Virus record (IMG/VR): IMGVR_UViG_2654587726_000019
Span: 1 to 10,363 of that record
Source: a virus
Lineage: Duplodnaviria; Heunggongvirae; Uroviricota; Caudoviricetes
Direction: 5' to 3' (one strand)
DNA: 10,363 nt
The stretch's first letter is position 1. Each line of letters starts with the position of its first letter. A program made the translations under genes and the position numbers. The notes under the pieces were generated by a model. That model made no database searches and had not been told where the DNA came from. It was given only the letters and a program-made list of their open reading frames with translations. This document shows, piece after piece, positions 1 to 6,969 of the stretch.

Positions 1-49
1 CCCCCGCCGTTAGCAGGCTGGCGGCGGCAATCATTACCAGGAGCGTGTG

Positions 50-268
50 ATGGGCGGCTGGATTGAACATATCACCACCGAGGGCGAGCGCTGGGATAAT
101 CTGGCGTTCCTCTATTACGGCGATCCAATGGGCTATGAGCGCATCATTGTCGCTAACCCCCATATTGCGATCACGCCGACACTGGCCTCCGGGCTGCGGT
201 TGCGTATTCCGGTGATCGGCCCGATGCAGGTGCATAACGTTGATGAGGTGCCGCCGTGGCTCAGGTAA
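50..268 (+). CDS. Phage tail protein X-like (LysM-like small tail protein)
   Basis: ATG at 50 preceded by AGGAG (39-43); an in-frame GTG at 47 is the alternative start. The translation has a LysM-like pattern (W-D-x-LA-x-x-YYG ... ANP ... G-x-x-L-x-IP) as in P2 gpX-family proteins, and the size (~72 aa) fits. The stop overlaps the next gene. Confidence 0.6.
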   Translation: MGGWIEHITTEGERWDNLAFLYYGDPMGYERIIVANPHIAITPTLASGLRLRIPVIGPMQVHNVDEVPPWLR

Positions 269-1356
269 ATGCCGTTATCACCCCCGTTTTCACCCTGTTT
301 TACGGGCAGAAAGATATCACTCACGATATTGCTCCTTTTGTCCTGAGCGTGACGTATACCGACAGTCTCAAGAGCGAATCGGATGAAATCGACGTGCAGG
401 TGGAAGACACCGCCGGGCGCTGGCGCGAGGCGTGGTATCCGGGCAAAGGCGATATGCTGATGCTGAAGTTGGGCTATCAGGGCGAAGCGTTGCTGGACTG
501 TGGAGCGTTCTCCATCGATGAGATTGAGCTGGGCGCACCGCCGGATACGGTATCCATTCGCGGCGTGGCGACGTCGGTCAACAGCGCTCTGCGTACCGCC
601 TCCAGCGAGGGCTACGAAGAGACGACGCTGGATGCGATTGCCAGCCGTATCGCGCAGAAGCATGGTCTGAAGCTGGTCGGTCAGATAGAGCCGATTACCA
701 TTGACCGGGTGACGCAATACGCGGAAACCGACGTCGGTTTTCTGAAGCGGCTGGCGGGTGAGTATGGTTATGCGCTGAAAGTCACCACTGGCGAGCTGGT
801 GTTTTCCCATCTGGCTACACTGCGAAGTAACGCGCCGGTGACGACGCTGACGCCGCAGGATGTAGCGCGCTGGTCGCTGCGCGATACCATCAACCGCATC
901 TATAAGGATGCAAAGGTGGCGCATCAGAAGAGTAAAGAGAAGACGCTGGTGACGTACCACGCCGACGGCCCGCCGACCACGGAGACGCGTGGTAAATCGA
1001 CCAGCGCCGATACGCTCAAGGTCAATGCACGGGCGGCGGATCAGGGGACGGCGCAGGTGAAAGCCGAGGCGGCGCTGGATGACCATAACGAGTATCAGCA
1101 GACCGGTTCGCTCTCGATGATGGGCAACACGCAGCTTATCGCCGGGAACAAAATCACTCTCGACGGGTTCGGCGTGCTCTCCGGGGAGTGGCTGATCACC
1201 AGCGCCCGTCACTCGTTTGACCGTTCATCGGGCTACAGCACCGAAATTGAGGTCGGACGTGGCCCGAAAACGGCCTCCGGCGGCGGGAAGAAGAAAAAAC
1301 CGGATACGCTGACCGTCTATCACCCGGACGGCCCACCCACCCAGGAGAAAAAATGA
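256..1356 (+). CDS. Baseplate hub / phage late control gene D-like tail protein
   Basis: 366-aa ORF with a GTG start overlapping the end of the X-like gene and a GAGG upstream. The N-terminal region has a G-x-QGE-x-L-x-D-x-G-x-F-x-x-DEIE-x-x-GPPD pattern recalled from the P2 gpD / Mu gp44 family. Position immediately before the V/W/J/I genes fits. Confidence 0.65.
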   Translation: MAQVNAVITPVFTLFYGQKDITHDIAPFVLSVTYTDSLKSESDEIDVQVEDTAGRWREAWYPGKGDMLMLKLGYQGEALLDCGAFSIDEIELGAPPDTVSIRGVATSVNSALRTASSEGYEETTLDAIASRIAQKHGLKLVGQIEPITIDRVTQYAETDVGFLKRLAGEYGYALKVTTGELVFSHLATLRSNAPVTTLTPQDVARWSLRDTINRIYKDAKVAHQKSKEKTLVTYHADGPPTTETRGKSTSADTLKVNARAADQGTAQVKAEAALDDHNEYQQTGSLSMMGNTQLIAGNKITLDGFGVLSGEWLITSARHSFDRSSGYSTEIEVGRGPKTASGGGKKKKPDTLTVYHPDGPPTQEKK

Positions 1357-1844
1357 AAGGCGTCACCCGACAGACCGGGATTATCAGCGATATCGACGAG
1401 GTGAAGGTGTGCGTGCGCGTCACCCTGCCGGAATGCGACGATCTGCGCACCAACTGGCTCCCCATCCTGCAACGCAATACGCAGGACAATAAGGACTACT
1501 GGCTGCCGGATATCGGCGAGCAGGTGGAGGTGCTGCTGGATGATAACGGCGAGGATGGCGTGGTGCTGGGGGCGGTCTATTCGTCGGTGGATACGCCACC
1601 GGTGACGGACAAAGACAAGCGCTATGTGCGGTTCTCCGATAAGGCCGCGATTGAGTACGACCGCAAACAGCACCAGTTGACCATTAATGGCGGCATTGAA
1701 AAAATCGTGATTGAGGTGAAAACCAGCGTCAGCATCACCGCGCCGCAGGTGGTCATCACTGGTAATGTCCGCGTCACCGGCAATATCAGTGCGTCAGGCT
1801 CTATCATCGACGCTGGCGGCAATACCAACCATCACTCTCATTAA
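1353..1844 (+). CDS. Baseplate assembly protein V-like (central spike)
   Basis: 163-aa ORF; ATG overlaps the upstream TGA (ATGA coupling) with AGGAG 8 nt upstream. Size, position before a gpW-like gene and a Gly/Val-rich C-terminal beta-type segment fit the gpV / Mu gp45 family. Confidence 0.65.
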   Translation: MKGVTRQTGIISDIDEVKVCVRVTLPECDDLRTNWLPILQRNTQDNKDYWLPDIGEQVEVLLDDNGEDGVVLGAVYSSVDTPPVTDKDKRYVRFSDKAAIEYDRKQHQLTINGGIEKIVIEVKTSVSITAPQVVITGNVRVTGNISASGSIIDAGGNTNHHSH

Positions 1845-1872
1845 AGCGGTTTAATATCGCCACTTTAGCAAC

Positions 1873-1890
1873 GGGGGCGACAATGCCCCC
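1873..1890 (+). promoter_or_regulatory. Small hairpin GGGGGC-gacaat-GCCCCC in the V-W intergenic region, ending at the W start codon
   Basis: 6-bp perfect inverted repeat read from the sequence. It overlaps the expected ribosome-binding region of the gpW-like gene, which has no strong SD. Confidence 0.3.
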
Positions 1891-2250
1891 ATGAGCACAC
1901 AATCCCATCCTTTAAATCTGCACTGGCAACCGGCCCTGAAACGCGACGGCGAGTACGTCTGTGGGCTGGAGGATATCAGCCAGGCCGTTCACATCATTCT
2001 GCGCACGCCGCGCGGTAGCGATCCCCATCGCCCCTTTTTCGGTAGCGACCTGTGGCGCTATATCGACTGGCCTGCTGAACGGGCGATTCCCCATGTGGTG
2101 CGTGAGTCGGTGGAGGCTATCCGCCACTGGGAGCCGCGCTGCAAATTTCTCAAAGTGGTGCCGGAACTGGACGGCGAACATCTCACGCTGCGCATCCAGT
2201 GGCGCGCCGCCGATGGCGTTATTAATGAAACGGAGGTGGTATGGCGTTAG
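1891..2250 (+). CDS. Baseplate wedge protein, GPW/gp25 family
   Basis: 119-aa ORF containing LEDISQ-x-x-x-I-ILRTP-x-GS ... FGS-x-L ... WEPR, matching the conserved pattern of P2 gpW / T4 gp25-like proteins. Its stop overlaps the next gene's start. Confidence 0.7.
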   Translation: MSTQSHPLNLHWQPALKRDGEYVCGLEDISQAVHIILRTPRGSDPHRPFFGSDLWRYIDWPAERAIPHVVRESVEAIRHWEPRCKFLKVVPELDGEHLTLRIQWRAADGVINETEVVWR

Positions 2251-3356
2251 CTGAACCCGATTTTATCGACCGCGACCCGGCGCAAATCACCAGTGAGATG
2301 ATTGCGCAGTATGAAGCGGTGAGCGGTAAAACGCTCTATCCGGCGCAGGCGGAGCGGCTGCTGATTGATGTTATTGCCTATCGTGAAAATCTGCTGCGCA
2401 TCGGCATTCAGGAGGCGGCAAAGCAGAATCTGGTGGCGTTTTCCCGTGCGCCAATGCTCGATTACCTCGGCGAACTGGTGGGCGTGAAGCGCCTGCCTGC
2501 GCAGGCGGCACAGACCACGTTGCGGTTTTCCGTTGCCAGCGCGCAAAAGCGCAATGTGCTGATCCCGGAGGGCACCCGCGCCAGCGCGGCCAACAGCGTG
2601 ATGTTTGCCACCGATGACGATGTGCTGCTGCCAGCCGGAAGTCTGAGCGTCGATGTCACGGCCACATGTACCACCGCTGGCGTTGTGGGTAATGGCTGGC
2701 AACCGGCGCAGATTAGCGCACTGGTGGACAGCGTGGCAGGTGTCGATTTGCAGGTGACGAACATTACCGCGTCCGGCGGCGGCTGCGCCGATGAAAGCGA
2801 CGACGCCCTGCGCGAGCGTATCCGGCTGGCTCCTGAAAGTTTCAGTAACGCGGGGAGTTATGGCGCATACCGCTTTCATGCGCTGTCAGTCAGCCAGGCG
2901 ATTATCGACGTGGCCATCCTCGGCCCGGATGAGGGGCTGGATGAAGGTTGCGTGGAGATTTACCCGCTGACGCAGGACGGTCTGCCGGGCGATGAGTTGC
3001 TGGCACAGGTGGTGCAGGATGTCAGTAAAGAGAAGAAACGCCCGTTGACCGATAAGGTAAGCGCGAAGAAACCACTGCGCGTGGCATATCAGATTAACGC
3101 GCAACTCACGCTATTCACTAAAGCCGATCAGGACTCGACGCTGCTGGCCGCGCGTAAGGCCATCGCCGACTGGACGGCAGAGCGCGAGCGCCATCTGGGG
3201 CGGGATATCGTCCCCAATCAAATCATCAAAGTGTTGCAGGTGGCGGGTGTCTATGACGTGGCGCTGGAAACACCTGCCAAACGAGTGCTCGCGGCACATG
3301 AGTGGGCGCAGTGTACCTCGATTGATGTGACCATCGCCGGGGTGAGCGATGGATAA
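2241..3356 (+). CDS. Baseplate J-like protein
   Basis: 371-aa ORF; ATG overlaps the end of the W-like gene with GGAGG upstream. Size and position (after W, before I-like and fiber) match the gpJ / Mu gp47 family. Assigned by family-level recall, not by alignment. Confidence 0.65.
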   Translation: MALAEPDFIDRDPAQITSEMIAQYEAVSGKTLYPAQAERLLIDVIAYRENLLRIGIQEAAKQNLVAFSRAPMLDYLGELVGVKRLPAQAAQTTLRFSVASAQKRNVLIPEGTRASAANSVMFATDDDVLLPAGSLSVDVTATCTTAGVVGNGWQPAQISALVDSVAGVDLQVTNITASGGGCADESDDALRERIRLAPESFSNAGSYGAYRFHALSVSQAIIDVAILGPDEGLDEGCVEIYPLTQDGLPGDELLAQVVQDVSKEKKRPLTDKVSAKKPLRVAYQINAQLTLFTKADQDSTLLAARKAIADWTAERERHLGRDIVPNQIIKVLQVAGVYDVALETPAKRVLAAHEWAQCTSIDVTIAGVSDG

Positions 3357-4068
3357 GTTACCGCTTCAACCGCCGCTCGCCGGGGATGAACGCTTTACCC
3401 GGCTGGCAAATCTTGCCGCTGAACGCTTCGCACAACTCGATCTGACCGCGCTTCTGATTTACCTGGTGGATCTGGTGGATGCCACGGCGCTGCCGTCGCT
3501 GGCAGAACAGTTCCACGTTCAGGGGCTGGAAGGCTGGCTGTTTGCCCGCGATGAGCGACAAAAGCGCGATCTGATCAAGCAGGCCATTGAGCTGCACCGC
3601 TATCGCGGTACGCCGTGGGCAGTGCGTCAGGTACTGAAGATTCTGGCGTTGGACGGCGATATCAGCGAGTGGTTTGAGTATGGCGGTAAGCCGTACTTTT
3701 TCCGCATGGATGTCACGCTTGAGACGCGCGGGCTGACTGAGGATGAATTTAACGCGCTGATTGTGCTGATCCATGAGTACAAGAACGTCCGCTCAAAGCT
3801 GGAGATGCTGACTATCTGGCTGATTAACCAGAGCCAGATCCCGGTTATCGCCAGTGCTGTTCAGGGCGGCGAGATTGCTACCGTTCTGCCGTGGATTGCG
3901 GAGAGCGTGAGTCAGTCGTCTGCGGTTTATCTGGCGACGGAGTGTTTGAGTGCAGAGGTGGTAACGGTGTTGCCTCCGCTGCATGGCAATGTTGAGCAGA
4001 CCAGCGTTATGAGTGTTGGAGCGGGCTGCTGGAGTATTGAGTTTGTCACTGTTTACCCGGAGGAGTAA
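3349..4068 (+). CDS. Phage tail protein I-like (baseplate wedge, fiber attachment)
   Basis: 239-aa ORF whose start overlaps the J-like stop (ATGGATAA). It sits directly upstream of the tail fiber gene, as gpI / Mu gp48 does. Acidic, Leu-rich N-terminus is typical of the family. Confidence 0.6.
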   Translation: MDKLPLQPPLAGDERFTRLANLAAERFAQLDLTALLIYLVDLVDATALPSLAEQFHVQGLEGWLFARDERQKRDLIKQAIELHRYRGTPWAVRQVLKILALDGDISEWFEYGGKPYFFRMDVTLETRGLTEDEFNALIVLIHEYKNVRSKLEMLTIWLINQSQIPVIASAVQGGEIATVLPWIAESVSQSSAVYLATECLSAEVVTVLPPLHGNVEQTSVMSVGAGCWSIEFVTVYPEE

Positions 4069-5768
4069 TGGCGAGTGAATTTTTTACCATTTTAACCGCC
4101 GCTGGCCGCGCGAAGATTGCTGCGGCGCTGGCGGAACAAAAGCAGATAGTGCTGCAAACAATGGTCGTTGGCGACGGCGGCGGGCAGTATGCCGAACCGA
4201 AAGAGAGCCAGACAAAGGTGGTGCGTGAAGTCTGGCGCGGGTCACTGAATACGCTGAAAATCGCCCCGGAAAACCCGGCGTGGGTGATTGCCGAGGCGGT
4301 ACTGCCGGAAGCGAAAGGCGGCTGGTATATCCGCGAGGTGGGATCGCTGGATATGGACGGCGTGCTGATTGCCATCGGCAAGTTCCCGGAAACCTATAAG
4401 CCGAAGCTGCCTGCCGGGGCCAGTAAGCAAATTGTGATCCGCGCTGTGATGGAAGTGACGAACGCGGCGGCGGTAACGCTGATGGTTGATCCGTCGCTGG
4501 TGATGGCAACGGTAGATTATGTGGACTCCAGTATTGAAGAGCACGAAAGATCACATAATCACCCGGACGCAACGCTGACTCAGAAAGGCTTTACGCAGCT
4601 TAACAGCTCCACCAATAGCACGCTGGAAACGCAGGCAGCAACGCCGAAGGCGGTGAAGGCGGCGATGGATAAGGCGAATGAGGCACTGGAAAAAGCTGGG
4701 GCTGATAAAGCGCATAAACATCCGTGGGCCGATATTACCGGGGTGCCGGATGGGACAACGGCGCAGAAAGGGGTTGTGAAGCTTAATAGCTCAACGAACA
4801 GTACCAGTACGACGGAGGCTGCGACACCGAGTGCGGTTAAGGCGGCATATGACCTGGCGAATGGTAAGGCGGCGGGGAGCCATAAACATGCCTGGGGCGA
4901 TATTACCGGGGTACCGGATGGCACTACGGCGCAAAAAGGGATCGTAAAGCTCAACAGCGCGACGAACAGCACCAGTACTACCGAAGCGGCCACGCCCGGC
5001 GCAGTGAAGGCGGCGTATGACCTGGCGAACGGGAAAGCGGCTTCCAGCCATACTCACGCATGGAGTCAGATTACCGGCGTACCGGATGCAACTACAGCGC
5101 AAAAAGGGGTTGTGAAGCTTAATAGCGCGACGAACAGTACCAGTACGACTGAAGCCGCAACGCCGAGCGCGGTTAAGGCGGCGTATGACAAGGCGAATAC
5201 AGCAATCTCCAGTTTTGCTCTTTTCACGTCGAATGGGACGTTTACGGTGCCAGTCGGGGTAACGAAAGTGATGGTGGAAATGATTGGAGGTGGAGGTGGT
5301 GGCGGCGGCGGTGGTGTGGGTGGTGGTGAGCGAATTGGTTATCCGACAGCAGGTAAACCATCACTTTTTGTTCAAGGGATTGTTGCTGTGAACTCTGGAC
5401 AAAATGTAACCGTCACAGTCGGCGGAGGCGGTGTTGGGGGATCATCAAAAGTAGATACTGGTGGTGGTTCGATGACCGGGAGTAATGGGTACGCCGGAGG
5501 AAACTCAATTTTCTTAACGCTCACTTCTGTTGGTGGTAGCGGCGGCGGCGGTGCATTGCCAGATTCTGGTCCTGGCAACGCATTAAATGAGCCAGGTTCT
5601 GATTCAACGCATGGCTATGGCGGGGGGACTAAGTATAACTCGCAGAAAAATGCCGTAGGTTATGGTTCGAGTGGTGCGGCTGGTACCTCTAAAGGCGTCA
5701 GAACTGTTGAAGGGGACTCTACAGCAGGTGGCAATGGTGCTTCAGGTTTTGTCAGAATATGGTGGTAA
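4068..5768 (+). CDS. Tail fiber protein (P2 gpH / Mu S-like N-terminal domain, tandem fiber repeats, Gly-rich C-terminal tip)
   Basis: 566-aa ORF with GGAGG upstream; ATG overlaps the preceding TAA by 1 nt. N-terminal ~160 aa match the conserved gpH N-terminal pattern (VGDGGG, EVWR, SYKP-like, VMAT-x-DYVD-x-x-I-x-EHE-x-S). This is followed by four tandem ~56-aa repeats and a glycine-rich C-terminus. Confidence 0.85.
   Translation: MASEFFTILTAAGRAKIAAALAEQKQIVLQTMVVGDGGGQYAEPKESQTKVVREVWRGSLNTLKIAPENPAWVIAEAVLPEAKGGWYIREVGSLDMDGVLIAIGKFPETYKPKLPAGASKQIVIRAVMEVTNAAAVTLMVDPSLVMATVDYVDSSIEEHERSHNHPDATLTQKGFTQLNSSTNSTLETQAATPKAVKAAMDKANEALEKAGADKAHKHPWADITGVPDGTTAQKGVVKLNSSTNSTSTTEAATPSAVKAAYDLANGKAAGSHKHAWGDITGVPDGTTAQKGIVKLNSATNSTSTTEAATPGAVKAAYDLANGKAASSHTHAWSQITGVPDATTAQKGVVKLNSATNSTSTTEAATPSAVKAAYDKANTAISSFALFTSNGTFTVPVGVTKVMVEMIGGGGGGGGGGVGGGERIGYPTAGKPSLFVQGIVAVNSGQNVTVTVGGGGVGGSSKVDTGGGSMTGSNGYAGGNSIFLTLTSVGGSGGGGALPDSGPGNALNEPGSDSTHGYGGGTKYNSQKNAVGYGSSGAAGTSKGVRTVEGDSTAGGNGASGFVRIWW
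4554..5205 (+). repeat. Four tandem in-frame repeats (periods 159, 168, 168 bp) encoding phage tail-fiber repeat units
   Basis: Repeat units start at 4554, 4713, 4881 and 5049. Each encodes H-x-H-x-W-x-x-ITGVPD-x-TTAQKG-x-VKLNS-x-TNST ... EAATP-x-AVKAAYD. The last three copies are nearly identical at the protein level. Confidence 0.85.
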
Positions 5769-5771
5769 CAC

Positions 5772-6374
5772 ATGAAATATGCGTATTTTGAACCCTCATC
5801 AATGAAGGTTTTAGACTGGCTGGATACCGAACAATTATCCTTTGTTTTGCCTGACAGTGTTGTTTCGGTAACTGATGAGCAATGGTGTTATCGTGATCGT
5901 GAATGCTGGGTCAATATTTCAACCACAGAAATCATCACAACACCTCCACCCGGTGATTTTTATCGGCTTGATGGTGATAAGTGGGTGTATGACGCAACCA
6001 GCTATACTGCTGCGCTAGACGGTGCTAAGTCACTAGTTGTTAAGGCAATCAAGGCGCTACGCGATGAAGTCACTGCCGATTATATCATTATCGGCGACTA
6101 TCACTTTCACAGCGATGCCAGCAGTCGTATCCAGCAAATGTCACTCACCAGGATGGGGCAAACGAAGCAAATCCCCAAAGGCTTAATGTGGCAGACCAAA
6201 AACCTCGGACTTCTCGAGCTAACCAATGAAATCGCGGCGCAGTTTGAGTCCATTACAATGGATCACGATATGCGCCTCTTTGCCAATGCCCAGCGACATA
6301 TTGCCGCCGTTGAGGCGCTGGAAGATATCCTGGCAGTTCAGGAGTATGACTACTCTACGGGGTGGCAACCATGA
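5772..6374 (+). CDS. Putative tail-fiber-associated protein (assembly chaperone candidate; family not recognised)
   Basis: 200-aa ORF starting 4 nt after the fiber stop. It shares the fiber tip's low GC content. Its position is that of a Tfa/gpG-type chaperone, but the sequence does not match the classical Tfa pattern as I recall it. Confidence 0.4.
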   Translation: MKYAYFEPSSMKVLDWLDTEQLSFVLPDSVVSVTDEQWCYRDRECWVNISTTEIITTPPPGDFYRLDGDKWVYDATSYTAALDGAKSLVVKAIKALRDEVTADYIIIGDYHFHSDASSRIQQMSLTRMGQTKQIPKGLMWQTKNLGLLELTNEIAAQFESITMDHDMRLFANAQRHIAAVEALEDILAVQEYDYSTGWQP

Positions 6375-6823
6375 GGCCGGTGTATCTGGCGTTCTATAAA
6401 GGGCGAGCCGATCATCATGGGTTCGCACGTCTTTCCGACTGGCTGACGCGGCTGGTGACGCGGGGTGAGTATTCTCACTGCGAGCTGGCTGTTGACCAGG
6501 GTAACGGCGAGTTTCTTTGTTATTCGTCGTCGGTGCGTGACAAGGGGGTGCGCTGTAAGCAAATGCCGCTGCCACTCGATAAATGGGATCTTATCGCGCT
6601 AAATGCGCTACCAACCAGTGTGGAGCAGTTCTTCCGTCGAAACGACGCCATGAAATATGACTGGCTGGGGGCTGTGGGATTCGTTGTTTTTAATCGTGGA
6701 CGGGAGAACAAATATTTCTGTAGCGAGTTTTGCGCAGATTTTCTTGGACTGGTCGATAGCTGGCGTTATTCACCCAATATGCTCCACGCGCTGGCCAGCA
6801 GTATTCAGACTATGAAGTTATAA
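6371..6823 (+). CDS. Hypothetical Cys/His-rich protein (moron); function unknown
   Basis: 150-aa ORF; ATG at 6371 overlaps the upstream TGA (ATGA), with an alternative GTG at 6362. GC-rich, with a coding-like codon pattern. Contains GEYSHCEL and YFCSEFCADF motifs. No confident family assignment. Confidence 0.5.
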   Translation: MRPVYLAFYKGRADHHGFARLSDWLTRLVTRGEYSHCELAVDQGNGEFLCYSSSVRDKGVRCKQMPLPLDKWDLIALNALPTSVEQFFRRNDAMKYDWLGAVGFVVFNRGRENKYFCSEFCADFLGLVDSWRYSPNMLHALASSIQTMKL

Positions 6824-6836
6824 GGGAAACAGCGAC

Positions 6837-6862
6837 CAGAGTCAGGCGGTCACCTGACTCTG
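6837..6862 (+). promoter_or_regulatory. Perfect 10-bp-stem hairpin (CAGAGTCAGG-cggtca-CCTGACTCTG) just downstream of the moron ORF
   Basis: The inverted repeat is read directly from the sequence. There is no U-tract after it, so it is not a canonical intrinsic terminator; it could be an RNA stability or attenuation element. Confidence 0.4.
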
Positions 6863-6907
6863 ACCAGCTAACCCGCAGGAAGTGTCTGCGAGCCGCCCAG
6901 GGCTGCC

Positions 6908-6923
6908 ACTGATGGCCATCAGT
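6908..6923. promoter_or_regulatory. Perfect 16-bp palindrome ACTGATGGCCATCAGT upstream of the methylase gene (candidate operator)
   Basis: Exact dyad symmetry read from the sequence, ~47 bp upstream of the methylase ATG. Any regulatory role is inferred. Confidence 0.35.
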
Positions 6924-6969
6924 CCAATAAGCCTAACAGTTTTTCACATACTGAAAAAGGTTTGCAGAA

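Noticed and set aside
133-1212. Long (359 aa) minus-strand ORF overlapping the gpD-like gene
   Set aside because: It is antisense to a well-supported phage structural gene. The translation is Arg-rich and low-complexity, as expected for a spurious frame in GC-rich coding DNA, and it has no plausible start context.
1283-1300. A-rich run (GGGAAGAAGAAAAAACCG) as a programmed frameshift site near the gpD-like / V junction
   Set aside because: It does not form a canonical X-XXY-YYZ slippery heptamer in the reading frame. It encodes a Lys-rich linker (KKKK), and the downstream gene has its own SD and ATG.
2247-2879. Minus-strand 210-aa ORF overlapping the J-like gene
   Set aside because: It is antisense to a gene in a tightly coupled operon, with Arg/Ala-rich composition typical of a GC-rich antisense frame.
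4580-4993. Minus-strand 137-aa ORF (and others at 4084-4572, 4242-4544, 4791-5102) with internal repeated peptides
   Set aside because: These frames lie antisense to the tail-fiber repeat region. Their internal repetition simply mirrors the tandem coding repeats on the plus strand.
4554-5205. Possible CRISPR-like array because of regular ~168-bp periodicity
   Set aside because: The repeats are contiguous with no unique spacers, are in frame within a long ORF, and encode a recognisable tail-fiber repeat peptide.
6362-6370. GTG at 6362 as the start of the moron ORF (track start)
   Set aside because: The ATG at 6371 forms an ATGA overlap with the upstream stop, the common coupling arrangement in this operon. 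The GTG start cannot be excluded but is less likely.
4068-6374. Mu G-segment-like invertible tail-fiber cassette or diversity-generating retroelement
   Set aside because: There is no invertase or reverse-transcriptase gene, no inverted copy of a fiber/chaperone pair, and no flanking inverted repeats. Variability is better explained by cassette exchange.
6931-6969. Sigma-70 promoter immediately upstream of the methylase
   Set aside because: No convincing -35/-10 pair with proper spacing could be read by eye (candidate hexamers such as TTCACA and CATACT are weak or mis-spaced). Left unannotated rather than guessed.
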